A DNA stretch of 64,000 nucleotides from an uncultured Chromatiaceae bacterium (GTDB lineage: Bacteria > Pseudomonadota > Gammaproteobacteria > SZUA-140), in contig CAZSAK010000016.1 in assembly GCA_964605155.1 (NCBI GenBank), positions 2,935 to 66,934 on the forward strand, in the 5' to 3' direction. Each line of letters begins with the position of its first letter. Position 1 is the stretch's first letter. The notes under the pieces are model-generated. The model worked only from the letters and a program-made list of their open reading frames with translations. It did no database searches and was not told the DNA's origin. The position numbers and the translations under genes were made by a program. Shown in pieces: positions 28,665 to 38,498 of the stretch.

Positions 28665-29317
28665 ACTCTATCATACCCCTTTAACTTAAGTTCGCATTCA
28701 AACATGAATTCAAATGCTTCCAGATAACGCAAGGTTTCCTGGATTGATCGACCCCATGTATACAAACCATGTCCGGCAATCAGGAATCCGAAAATGGGAG
28801 GATTGTTTTCAAGATACATTACTACCTTATGTGAGAGACGTGCAATGTCCTGATCGTTCAGGAAGATTGGAATGCAGATTGAGGTTTCATGTGTGCTGAT
28901 CCGGTCAAAGGCCTTCAGGATCTCGTAGCCGCTCAATCTCAGTTCGTTATTATTTAATCGCGATATCAGGGTTGCATTGATTGAATGAGTATGCAGGACG
29001 GTATACGTTTCCGGGAAGTGTGTGTAGATCACTGTATGTAGTAAAGCCTCGGCGGATGGTTTCCTGTTATCCACCGCTCGTCCTTGGAAGTCGATGGTCA
29101 TTATATCTTCCGGAGTCAGCGCACCTTTATCCCTGCCTGAGACGGTAATGGCAATTTTGTCATGATCATATCTGGCAGAGAAGTTGCCGCTGGTTGCTGG
29201 TACCCAGCCTCTGGCATAAAGCGACTTGCCTGCATCAACCAGGGCTGATGCTATATGCTGCAATGTTTTTACTGATTGATCCATAAATTGGGTAATCTGG
29301 AAAATCGTGAAATACAA
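28661..29317 (-). CDS. mtnB: Methylthioribulose-1-phosphate dehydratase (class II aldolase/adducin family).
   Basis: Class II aldolase fold motifs (GNFS..., HTHS). Confidence 0.85.
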   Translation of the reverse strand: MYFTIFQITQFMDQSVKTLQHIASALVDAGKSLYARGWVPATSGNFSARYDHDKIAITVSGRDKGALTPEDIMTIDFQGRAVDNRKPSAEALLHTVIYTHFPETYTVLHTHSINATLISRLNNNELRLSGYEILKAFDRISTHETSICIPIFLNDQDIARLSHKVVMYLENNPPIFGFLIAGHGLYTWGRSIQETLRYLEAFEFMFECELKLKGYDRV

Positions 29318-29545
29318 TCTGGTTCATTTTGATTGTAATCTGCCGGTCTTGGCGTGACAATCACGTTATAGTTCTATAGGAGAATTGCGAATATTCATGA
29401 ATACGTTAAAACGTACTGTTGATCAGGTTTATCCCTGATAGTTCCAGTATGATTGGATGCGATGATCATGATGTTTGTCTATTCGGAAAACGCCATCTGT
29501 CTGATGTTTGAGGTGGATCTGAGGTAAGTCTACGAGGATTTTTAA

Positions 29546-29848
29546 ATGAATACACGGACTTCAACAAATTACACACAGCAATTTGATATCAGGGCAACCA
29601 TTGAACGTCTCACAAATGAAGGGAGACTGGATGAATGCTTTGCGAATATGCTGGGAGCAATCACACATATTGAGGGCGTATGTAATCTTTTGCAGGGACT
29701 GGAAGAAGACGGTGTATTATTTCCAAGTTCACAAGATGAATTCAAGCAGGAGTTCGCTGAACTGATCAGTTCAATAAAGGCGCTGATCAATAATGGCATA
29801 TATCCTGATCTCGTGCATATAAATCAGGAAGGTGACGCTGTCAATTAA
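29546..29848 (+). CDS. Hypothetical acidic protein, 100 aa.
   Basis: ORF in an AT-rich accessory stretch. No known motif. Confidence 0.4.
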   Translation: MNTRTSTNYTQQFDIRATIERLTNEGRLDECFANMLGAITHIEGVCNLLQGLEEDGVLFPSSQDEFKQEFAELISSIKALINNGIYPDLVHINQEGDAVN

Positions 29849-30113
29849 AGAAAGCGCATGGGACGATGATCCCATCGATTGTTTAGCTCATCGGAAGATT
29901 TCAGCTAAAAAACTGCATCGTCACGATGCATGGAGTCGGATACGTGGCACTGGCTCATAAAATAATCGTAACACATTGTAATTAAATGATATTTAATCAA
30001 GCCTGGATCTTAAATTTCCCTCTGTTGTGTCGATAAACAATCATAGTGGCACCTATAAGGCGTCGTTACCCAATAAAGAGATAAACTGAAGAATCACACG
30101 GGATGGGATAACT

Positions 30114-30440
30114 ATGTTTGAAACAGAGACAGAAGAAGTAATCGAGGTACCCAAGTGGGATGTAGCGTTGGAGGCCTTGTTGAGGGAAGAATATGTCAGC
30201 GTTGGCAGGATGTTAATGATTGAAGATTTTCACAAACTCTCCATGGAATACTCGATTCGATTTGATGATATCATGGATACGGTTTTTGCAATGACGCTCG
30301 AAGGCAAGTGGGTATACCGCAATGTTGACGGATTTGACACTGAAATCACCCAGGATATGGTCGATGGTTTATATGTCAATGCCCGTCTTCATGAAAATGA
30401 TGTCAGAGGATTTAATGGGGGGTGGCTGCCGGCGGCATGA
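30114..30440 (+). CDS. Hypothetical acidic protein, 108 aa.
   Basis: ORF with an AAGG-like SD region. No known motif. Confidence 0.4.
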   Translation: MFETETEEVIEVPKWDVALEALLREEYVSVGRMLMIEDFHKLSMEYSIRFDDIMDTVFAMTLEGKWVYRNVDGFDTEITQDMVDGLYVNARLHENDVRGFNGGWLPAA

Positions 30441-30539
30441 GAGAGCCCCAAGATCAAATATCGATGATCCACAGTATCTGTTTTAACAGGTAGTTTGTCC
30501 CTGAGGATCGTCCTGTACTCAACCTCGCGAGATTTTTCA

Positions 30540-30836
30540 TTATCTGAAGTCCCGCGGTGGCAGTTGTTCATATAACCACATCAACTGGTCCACGTTAGTC
30601 ATGACGGTGTCAACATAGCTAATACAACATACCGTTGCGGTACGCATTTTCCTGTATAAACATCCGATTTCATAAAACGGATCCGGTATGCCGTTTAATT
30701 CATGCCACCCAGGCTCTGGAAGCACGGTCCGCTTTGAAACGAATTTGACATTGCCATCACAAAGTACCTGTAAATCGAAACCCGTGATGACATTTCCCGA
30801 AAACAGTGGATCTCCAGCGACTGGCTGAGGTGACAC
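30540..30836 (-). CDS. Hypothetical protein, 98 aa.
   Basis: Convergent with the previous ORF. No known motif. Confidence 0.35.
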   Translation of the reverse strand: MSPQPVAGDPLFSGNVITGFDLQVLCDGNVKFVSKRTVLPEPGWHELNGIPDPFYEIGCLYRKMRTATVCCISYVDTVMTNVDQLMWLYEQLPPRDFR

Positions 30837-31328
30837 CTAAAACCGAGATGTATTTTCAAGTGTTAAATGTCCAGGGTTGTCCAATATCGAACAGTTCGCA
30901 GTTAATCGCTCATGTCCAGTCCATACAAATAATCAGTATTAACCCGACGGACTATTCCTCTGTCCGTATTCTTACCAGTCATCGGAATTGACATAAAATT
31001 CCGGATGCTTATTTGAGTAATGAAGGGTTAGGCGATATCAGGAAGGATATATAAATTTAGGTATATTATAACATAATAAAATACTAATATTTAATTTGCC
31101 GATCCCCTCAAACATCTACATCCCTTTTACTTTCAATTCACAGGGTTAATCGATCGAAATATTTTAACTTACTGTTATTATAAGTTTAATATTAAAAACA
31201 TGATTATCTTCGTCCTGCGTATCCTGTTATAATATTACAAAATCATAATAAGGGGGCAGGGCATATTACAGCTTGGAAAAGGGAACAGCCTGACTTAATA
31301 TGTCGCTAAACCCGAGGTAGGGATATTT

Positions 31329-31691
31329 ATGAAGATATCAACCGTATCTTTACAGTGTTATCAGCTGCGCACATCTCCTCATTTCAGGCATCGCAATTAT
31401 ATTACGTATCTCATAATACCGCTGCTGATAGTCATGTCTTTCTTCATCAGTAACCGGTGTCGAGCGGATGAAAAGTACGATGACTTAAAGTCCCGCCTGG
31501 AAAACTACACCGGTATTTACAAGCACAAGCTTGATGACGGATTTACTATAAGAGGCTGGCAGTTAACGCCCCATATCTATCTGGGACAGACTAGGACATT
31601 TGGTAACAATAGTTACGGCCTGCTAGTCGATAAAGGTGATTATGCCTACGGTCTGATTGACCAGCAGATTTCTATACTAAAAAGTTTCTAG
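31329..31691 (+). CDS. Hypothetical membrane-anchored protein, 120 aa.
   Basis: One TM/signal-anchor (YLIIPLLIVMSFFI). GAGG upstream of the ATG. Confidence 0.45.
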   Translation: MKISTVSLQCYQLRTSPHFRHRNYITYLIIPLLIVMSFFISNRCRADEKYDDLKSRLENYTGIYKHKLDDGFTIRGWQLTPHIYLGQTRTFGNNSYGLLVDKGDYAYGLIDQQISILKSF

Positions 31692-31955
31692 TCCGGTCAT
31701 CTAACCTTCCTGTATTTTTATGTTTTTATCCCAGGGCAGCGCCAGAGGGGTGTTGCCCGTCATAATACCTGTTCCCGTTTATGCTCTTCTCCCGAGATTG
31801 AGTCATTGTTTGCTGTACCAGGAAAATTGACCCGCTCAAGGAGTATCTTGTGCGGATATTTTATGAGTATTGGGGCCGATCGGCTGGAATGATAGAGTGG
31901 ATACAAGTAAATTATCATATTTTTGGTAATCCAATGACCATTTGAAAGGAAATAG

Positions 31956-32600
31956 ATGAGTACACGTCGAATTCTGGTCCTGAACCCCAAGGGAGGATGT
32001 GGAAAAACCACCCTGGCAGTCAATATCGCCAGCTTTTATGCCAATCAAGGTAAATCTGTCGTATTGGCCGATTTTGACCCACAGGGATCAGCGATGGAGT
32101 GGATTGAGGCGCGTCCTGAATCATACGCCACGATTAAGAGGGTCCCGGCCTGGAAAGATGATGTGCGTCTGCCAAGGGACGTCGATTATGTGGTTATGGA
32201 TGCTCCTGCGGCCGTGCATAGCAGAGAGATCAGCAATCTGTTAAAACGTGCGGAATCTGTAGTTATACCCGTCCTGCCTTCACCTATTGACATCCGCGCT
32301 GCTGCCCATTTCATCCAAGATATCTTGCTCAATAAAAGGGTGTCGCATAAAAATACTAAACTTGCCGTGGTGGCCAATCGTGTTCGTGAAAATACTATCG
32401 TCTACCAAAAACTGCAACGGTTCCTCAAGCGCCTGGATATCCCGTTTGTTGCCGTATTCCGTGATACTCAAAATTATATCCGGGCCGCTGATCGGGGGAT
32501 AAGTATTTTTGAGATGGCACCTTCAATGGTTACCCAAGACCTTGATCAGTGGAGATCGTTGACCAGATGGTTAAACAGTAAGCGCAGTTTACCCGGTTAA
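31956..32600 (+). CDS. Orphan ParA/ParF-like (type Ib, about 210 aa) deviant Walker-A ATPase.
   Basis: KGGCGKTT deviant Walker A, DFDPQGS, VVMDAPA, PSPID. The size and architecture are like plasmid ParF/McdA-type positioning ATPases. Confidence 0.8.
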   Translation: MSTRRILVLNPKGGCGKTTLAVNIASFYANQGKSVVLADFDPQGSAMEWIEARPESYATIKRVPAWKDDVRLPRDVDYVVMDAPAAVHSREISNLLKRAESVVIPVLPSPIDIRAAAHFIQDILLNKRVSHKNTKLAVVANRVRENTIVYQKLQRFLKRLDIPFVAVFRDTQNYIRAADRGISIFEMAPSMVTQDLDQWRSLTRWLNSKRSLPG

Positions 32601-32646
32601 TGTCGATGTTAATTAATGTCAGAATAGTATTTTTGCAAATACTGAG

Positions 32647-33045
32647 TTGTATCCAAACATGACCAGTGGAAAACAAAAAATGGTAAATCGGCCAAGACCT
32701 GTCATGGTGTTTATCTATGTCATTGCTGGAGTTGTCATGATTGCCGCATCAGCCTGTTCCGATATATCTGGCTCGAGGGATGCCGTATGGTTATACGGTG
32801 TATGGGAGTTGACCCATAATCCGGATCATGATGATTCCGACACGCTGGTGTTCAAGGATGACGGTACAGTGAAAGTGCAAACGGAAGACGGACGGGAGAT
32901 CGACGGCAAATATGCGATTAATGACAATCAGTTGAAAATGACCCTTGCAACACCACGGGATGTGATTGACGTTGAATTCACTATATCAAAAGATAAATCC
33001 AAATTGATATACAGAAACGGTGCCTATTATACCAGGCAACACTAA
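32647..33045 (+). CDS. Lipoprotein (hypothetical), 132 aa.
   Basis: Signal peptide with lipobox AASAC. Beta-rich periplasmic domain. Confidence 0.6.
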   Translation: MYPNMTSGKQKMVNRPRPVMVFIYVIAGVVMIAASACSDISGSRDAVWLYGVWELTHNPDHDDSDTLVFKDDGTVKVQTEDGREIDGKYAINDNQLKMTLATPRDVIDVEFTISKDKSKLIYRNGAYYTRQH

Positions 33046-33094
33046 CCGATCCTGAAGAGCGTAGCTGATTACCTAAGTGAAACTCAGATTCCTT

Positions 33095-33277
33095 TCAGCG
33101 GGAAATGTTGTTGGTTAGACGCTCGGTAACGATTTCGAATAATTCCGTTGGCGTGCTGAATTTGCGCGGAAATAATGAATTATCAATGGTAGCTACCCAG
33201 TAATCAGGTTCGCATCCATGCTTGAATTTCGGGTGTGCCTCAACTGATTTACCGCATATCTTTCTTTTGACAACCAT
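33095..33277 (-). CDS. Hypothetical small protein with a possible Cys/His metal site.
   Basis: 60 aa (KICGKS...HPKFKHGC). Confidence 0.25.
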   Translation of the reverse strand: MVVKRKICGKSVEAHPKFKHGCEPDYWVATIDNSLFPRKFSTPTELFEIVTERLTNNISR

Positions 33278-33647
33278 AATTATTCTCTCTCTTATTGAAT
33301 GGTGGCCTTGCGCAATAACGGGATGAACGGTTATTGCGCCGTCGATATTAGGTTATTGATAATTCCAGAGTAACATAGTGTTAACCAGTAATATAGAATT
33401 AAATTATTGGTTATTGTTCTAACTGTTAATAATCCCGACATTTATAAGCGCAGTTCCAGGCCGCATCGCTATCTTATTGAATATATAATACTTAAAATAT
33501 ACCGAGGGTGGACCGGTTACTGATTTGTCTTCCAAGCTAAATACTCTATCCGTCAGATTATGAGATTACTTCGATATACCCATGCCAGAGTTCCTGGCTG
33601 ATCATATGACCGTTTACCGGGATGGTTCTGTTTTTTATTAAGCGCAT

Positions 33648-34382
33648 ATGATATTTCCTGAGAAGATCTGGATATATATTAGCGGGGAGCTGTCTTTGCA
33701 ACAAATCAAATATTGGCGGCAGTGTATTGCAATAACAGGTCTGTTGATACAGGGCACCGGTTATGCAGTGGATTTGGCATCCGTCGAATCACCGGGGACG
33801 GAGGCCGCACTACTGATACAAAGGCTTGAGACGGATCTGAAGCTTGACCAATCGATCTCTCAAACCAGGATCAACCGTGTCGGCCTGATTATCCTTGAAC
33901 CAGCCAATTCCGCGGTTCAAGCGGGCTTACAGATCGGGGCACTGGAAATACATCAAAGCGATAATTCGATAACGGCAGGCCTGGATCTGACCGGCAATTA
34001 CATCGGTATCATGTTTCGCACGAACCTGTACCGTAGCAACCATTCTGCGATACGTCTGGACGGAGGCTATACCTATAATGAGGCTGACAAGCATACAAAT
34101 GATCAGCAAATAAAATACGACTGGCATGAATTTTTGTTAAGAGCCCTGTTTGAATGGAAATTTGGGGATTTTAATATGTCTCTCGGTAGATATACGCAAA
34201 TAATAAACGGAGATGAGACTGCATTTGGTGTGGTAACACGCACTCGGGAAATTGAGCAGGTGGATAAGGCCGGTACCCGTCTTGAAGTTGATTACAGGGT
34301 CGATGTTACCGGGAAGATCGGTATCCAGCTTGACAATGGGAGTCGCGATGCGGTTGCTCTGATATTTGCACGGGAATTTTGA
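33648..34382 (+). CDS. Putative outer-membrane beta-barrel protein.
   Basis: N-terminal signal region, alternating amphipathic beta-strands, C-terminal aromatic (…FAREF). Confidence 0.55.
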   Translation: MIFPEKIWIYISGELSLQQIKYWRQCIAITGLLIQGTGYAVDLASVESPGTEAALLIQRLETDLKLDQSISQTRINRVGLIILEPANSAVQAGLQIGALEIHQSDNSITAGLDLTGNYIGIMFRTNLYRSNHSAIRLDGGYTYNEADKHTNDQQIKYDWHEFLLRALFEWKFGDFNMSLGRYTQIINGDETAFGVVTRTREIEQVDKAGTRLEVDYRVDVTGKIGIQLDNGSRDAVALIFAREF

Positions 34383-34518
34383 GTTTCGGGCAGATGACCG
34401 CGATCGTGATTTCAGTATGCATCCTTATCAAGACGAGATTGTGTAATCAATCATATGAGTTTAATATTTCATTCAGGTTGCAGATAATTATTTACGAGTC
34501 TAAACGGGAGAAAAGCAC

Positions 34519-34728
34519 ATGGGTGATCATGTATATAAAATGATAGAACTGACGGGCTCTTCATCCAAGAGTATAGAAGATGCTGTTGAAAATGCCGTTG
34601 TCCGGGCAGCCAAGACGGTGCGGAATATGCGCTGGTTTGAGGTTATCGATACACGTGGACATATCGATAACGGCAAGATCAATTACTGGCAAATCACTAT
34701 CAAGGTTGGATTTACGTTGGAGGATTAA
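34519..34728 (+). CDS. Dodecin (flavin-binding) family protein.
   Basis: [24 protein letters not shown]...WFEV...G.I..WQ dodecin signature. 69 aa. Confidence 0.85.
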   Translation: MGDHVYKMIELTGSSSKSIEDAVENAVVRAAKTVRNMRWFEVIDTRGHIDNGKINYWQITIKVGFTLED

Positions 34729-34792
34729 TACCGAGGTTATACCTTTACCAGGGCTGCCCGGCCCATCCTGCAGAATGTCCAAAAGGGCTGCA

Positions 34793-35074
34793 TCAATCAT
34801 TACGAGAAGTGACTTCTACCAGATGATATCCAAACTGGGTATGAATCGGACCGTGCACCTTGCCGATCTCTTCATTGAAGACAACTTGATCGAATTCCTT
34901 TACCATCTGTCCCGGACTGAATTCACCCAGGTCACCGCCACGTCTTCCCGATGGGCACAATGAATGTTTCTGGGCGATTTCAGCAAAATCCGCACCGTTT
35001 TCGATTTCTGTTTTCAGTTGTTCGCAGTCTTCTTGTGTGGAAACGAGGATATGTCGTGCGCTTGCGGTTGCCAT
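34793..35074 (-). CDS. ppiC: Parvulin-type peptidyl-prolyl isomerase PpiC.
   Basis: Collinear with E. coli PpiC (ARHILV...GADF..IA.KHS.CPSGRRGGDLGEF..GQMV..FD.VVF...HTQFGYH). Confidence 0.85.
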   Translation of the reverse strand: MATASARHILVSTQEDCEQLKTEIENGADFAEIAQKHSLCPSGRRGGDLGEFSPGQMVKEFDQVVFNEEIGKVHGPIHTQFGYHLVEVTSRND

Positions 35075-35145
35075 GTCGTATGTCCCGTTGTTAGCCAAGT
35101 TTGAGATGATACCAGATATTGTCTACAGATAACGGCTATAACGGG

Positions 35146-35604
35146 TCAGAATAACAACCCTCTGCTGACAGCACTCTTGTCGCTGATATTGGAACTGAGT
35201 GTGATTCGGCTTGCTGGACTATCGCCGCCGTTTCTGTCAGGCCATGAAACAGATACATCCAGTTGAATGTTGCCAGCTGCAACATCTCCTGTAACCGACC
35301 ACAGGCATGTATATATGGTATTCAGCCCTTCAAGTATCAAGTCGGCATTCGAGCCTGGTGGTCCAACGCTCTCTGTGCCATTCGTGATCGCCTGAAAAGT
35401 TGTATGATCGGTAATATTTCTCATGGCCTCGATTTTGTTCTGTGCAAGATTAACGGCAATGGTTCTTGAGTTGGCCAGGCGGTTATTCTGCAATGCGGTA
35501 ACCTGAAATCGTGCAAGGGCGATCAATACCATTGATATCAGCAACAAGGTTATCATAGCCTCGATCAGCAGGAACCCTCTGTGAGCATTGCAAGATAAAA
35601 TCAT
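35146..35604 (-). CDS. Type IV pilus minor pilin (PilV/PilE-like).
   Basis: Prepilin leader ending G|FLLIEAMITLLL. Confidence 0.7.
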   Translation of the reverse strand: MILSCNAHRGFLLIEAMITLLLISMVLIALARFQVTALQNNRLANSRTIAVNLAQNKIEAMRNITDHTTFQAITNGTESVGPPGSNADLILEGLNTIYTCLWSVTGDVAAGNIQLDVSVSWPDRNGGDSPASRITLSSNISDKSAVSRGLLF

Positions 35605-35607
35605 CTG

Positions 35608-36744
35608 TTAAAAATCTTTCCAAGAACCCGCAATGGCAACGAACGGACCATTTCCTCCCCTTGGAGGTACCAGAACATCATTGTTATATTGAATGGTCAG
35701 ATTACCGCTGACTAGAAAGTCCTCGTTAGCCGCTATCAGTGCCCCGTAAATAAAACCGGTGTCTGAAGCATCAAGTATCCGGCCATTTTCCGTAACATAA
35801 ACCAGCCCATAAATCGATTTTTCTCCTTCAAGGACAAGATCTCCGTCCACGATCAGTACAACCGGCAGATCCTCAGAGCCGATATCAGAATCTATAGTAA
35901 TGTCACCCGTGATCCAGATATTTTCTCCGGGAAAATCATCCGGTTTTACCTGTTGATTATCCTGGTCGGCACATGCGGAATCATCGCAGGTGAGATGGAT
36001 GATCTGGTTGACCACGGTGACTTGTTGCATACCGAAAAAATGCGCAAAAAAGTCATCATTGGCGGCCAGGCCCTGTAATTCTGCGCTATGTTCTTCTATA
36101 CCGCTGTTTCCCTCGGTACTGGTCATTGCATGTGAACCTGCCGACAGGGTGATGGTTCCCCCTGCCATTATGGATTTATCGGTTTCTGTGTTGATAAACT
36201 CGGCTGCGCCATCGGTCACGACATTGTTTCTTGCCGTAAAGCCGGCTTCGGGCGGAACCAGGAGCAGAGGCATGATCTGCATTTTTTGTACGAGGACTGC
36301 AGTTGAAGAGCTGTCGTCGGATGAGCCGGTAACGCTGAGTTCGATAAGCCTGAACTGATTCGGCCACGCATGATTACTATAACTGATCACATAACCGGCA
36401 TTGTCGGCCAGTATGGTGGAGGTTATATTTGCCGGCTGTTCGTCAATCAGGCCGTCATTGTTGACGTCAAGCAAGATCTGTTTTCTGAAAACCCGATCGT
36501 TCAGGTTGGCAACACCCTTCTCCAGTCCGGCCTGGGCCGCTTCAAAGGCCTGCTTTGCCCTGTATTCATTGGCCGTTATCTGCTGCTCGACAACACTGAC
36601 GCGTGCACTGTAAAAGGTAATCAGACTGAGGGAAAACAGTAATATCATAGTGATTGTGAGAGTGGCGGTCCCGGTTTCGCGCCCCTGCAGGTCAATGAAT
36701 GCCGCCGATTTCAGATGCCCGTACACTGACCTGGGTGCAGGCAA
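35608..36744 (-). CDS. PilX N-terminal-domain pilus assembly protein, unusually long (378 aa).
   Basis: PilX-like hydrophobic N-terminus (TATLTITMILLFSLSLITFYSARVSVVEQQ) then about 300 aa with no recognisable domain. Confidence 0.6.
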   Translation of the reverse strand: MPAPRSVYGHLKSAAFIDLQGRETGTATLTITMILLFSLSLITFYSARVSVVEQQITANEYRAKQAFEAAQAGLEKGVANLNDRVFRKQILLDVNNDGLIDEQPANITSTILADNAGYVISYSNHAWPNQFRLIELSVTGSSDDSSSTAVLVQKMQIMPLLLVPPEAGFTARNNVVTDGAAEFINTETDKSIMAGGTITLSAGSHAMTSTEGNSGIEEHSAELQGLAANDDFFAHFFGMQQVTVVNQIIHLTCDDSACADQDNQQVKPDDFPGENIWITGDITIDSDIGSEDLPVVLIVDGDLVLEGEKSIYGLVYVTENGRILDASDTGFIYGALIAANEDFLVSGNLTIQYNNDVLVPPRGGNGPFVAIAGSWKDF

Positions 36745-37442
36745 AACCGGTCATTGCGTACGTGAACGCCAGCGATTAAAGTACGCTGGATAGCAGCATC
36801 CTGTTTCAGCCTTCCTCGCAGTTCAATCTCGATATGCCGTGTAATCAACTGACCTGTGGTGACATTGATGTCGGTCACCTTGCTGGGTTCGCTGTTGAAT
36901 TGCAGATCGGTGATTATCACCGAGCGTGGGTCACTGATATCCTGCCAACCGCCTGTATCACAATCAGCACCGGCCTGACGCATTTCGACGGCGCCGCTGT
37001 TGAGACGAAACCCAAACCGTTCATCCGGTATATTATCCGCATTTGGCGCTGTATCCAGTATACCGTTGGCTGTTGCATCGTAGCTGTAGAGAATACAGGA
37101 CCTGTTCATGTCAATGATTATCATATCAAACGGATTTTGCAGTCCGGCGATTCCAGCGCAATAATCGGCTATGAGTGAAGCGGAGAGGATATTTGCATTT
37201 ACAGAACAGACCGCATTCAGCCAGTAACCACTGCGCCGGATATCCTGAACCATTACGTCCATGATCGCGCGCAGTTCCTGATGAAGATGTGTCACCTTCA
37301 ACGTATCGGTATTCGCCTTGACGATATGGGTGAACAAGAATGTGATACCGGCCAGTAGCATCAGACCGATCGCGGTTGCGACCATCATCTCTACCAGATT
37401 GAAACCAGCATGACGGGATCTTGATGAAATAATTGTCAGCAC
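36711..37442 (-). CDS. Type IV pilus minor pilin PilW-like.
   Basis: G|FNLVEMMVATAIGLMLLAGI prepilin N-terminus. Confidence 0.65.
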   Translation of the reverse strand: MLTIISSRSRHAGFNLVEMMVATAIGLMLLAGITFLFTHIVKANTDTLKVTHLHQELRAIMDVMVQDIRRSGYWLNAVCSVNANILSASLIADYCAGIAGLQNPFDMIIIDMNRSCILYSYDATANGILDTAPNADNIPDERFGFRLNSGAVEMRQAGADCDTGGWQDISDPRSVIITDLQFNSEPSKVTDINVTTGQLITRHIEIELRGRLKQDAAIQRTLIAGVHVRNDRFCLHPGQCTGI

Positions 37443-37957
37443 GGAGGATAACCCGTGAGATCATCCGAGCACACCCGGATACGACCGCGTGAACTGACAA
37501 TGACCTTCGATGATTTACGTTCCGTTGTCAATAATATACTGCCGCTGTTCGATGTGCCCCGGACTGGATTGAAGGAGGCGGAGTTGGAGCTGAAATTGGT
37601 TTCCAGATTGACATTATGGTAATCCTGACCGGATACTATTCTGGAGAAGTGATTGTCCAGCCGGCAATTATTCAATACATTGCAATCACAGCTGCTGCTG
37701 TCATGCATCGCATAACACCAATGTCGATATCCTCCTTCATGAAAACTGATAGAGATATTTTTATTACGCTTTATGGCCTCCATACGTGCGAGTTGCAAAT
37801 CACCATAGATTGATTCCGTGGCACCTTTGAGGCGATGCCTGGTGATCAGATCGAGAAAAGAAGGGACGCCAATTGTAGCCATGATACAAACGACCAGCAT
37901 CGTGACCAGAAATTCCAGCAGTGTGTAACCGCTATAGCGCCAGTCGCACATGGACAT
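37436..37957 (-). CDS. Type IV pilus minor pilin FimT/FimU (GspH-domain).
   Basis: G|YTLLEFLVTMLVVCIMATIGVPSF... then GspH-like beta domain. Confidence 0.7.
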   Translation of the reverse strand: MSMCDWRYSGYTLLEFLVTMLVVCIMATIGVPSFLDLITRHRLKGATESIYGDLQLARMEAIKRNKNISISFHEGGYRHWCYAMHDSSSCDCNVLNNCRLDNHFSRIVSGQDYHNVNLETNFSSNSASFNPVRGTSNSGSILLTTERKSSKVIVSSRGRIRVCSDDLTGYPPC

Positions 37958-38037
37958 ACCTTCGTAGACAGTGATTAACGTTGTTATAACCTTATAACAA
38001 GGTTTATGATGGGGAGGAGATTACGGGGAGGAATCAG

Positions 38038-38493
38038 GTGCTGCTGTTAAACAGGCAACATACATATGGTATCACGCTTCTTGAGTTGGTAATAGTTATT
38101 TTAATCATCGGTATTGTAGCTGCGGTGGCCTATCCGTCCTATATTGACACGGTACGCAAGGGCAGACGTGCCGACGCCGTCACGAGCCTGTTGAAACTGC
38201 AGATTGATCAGGAGCAATGGCGTGCCAACCACAGCGGATATACAAGTCAACTGGCAGGGAATGGATGCGGCTCTGCGCAGGCCACCGGACTGTGCTGGGC
38301 TAGCGACGAGATTGTTCGCAGATATTATCATATCGCCATCAATGAAGGTTCGGTGAATTCAACCGGATTTATGGCTACCGCTACCGCCAGAGCGGGAACC
38401 GACCAGATCAATGACCAATGCCAAATTATTGTTATTACCCAGGACGGCCCGGATCTGGCCGCATCTTCATATCCGTTTTGCTGGAGCCACTGA
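38038..38493 (+). CDS. Type IV pilin PilE-like (divergent from the minor pilin operon).
   Basis: G|ITLLELVIVILIIGIVAAVAYPSY prepilin motif. C-terminal Cys pair. Confidence 0.7.
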   Translation: MLLLNRQHTYGITLLELVIVILIIGIVAAVAYPSYIDTVRKGRRADAVTSLLKLQIDQEQWRANHSGYTSQLAGNGCGSAQATGLCWASDEIVRRYYHIAINEGSVNSTGFMATATARAGTDQINDQCQIIVITQDGPDLAASSYPFCWSH

Positions 38494-38498
38494 ATTGC

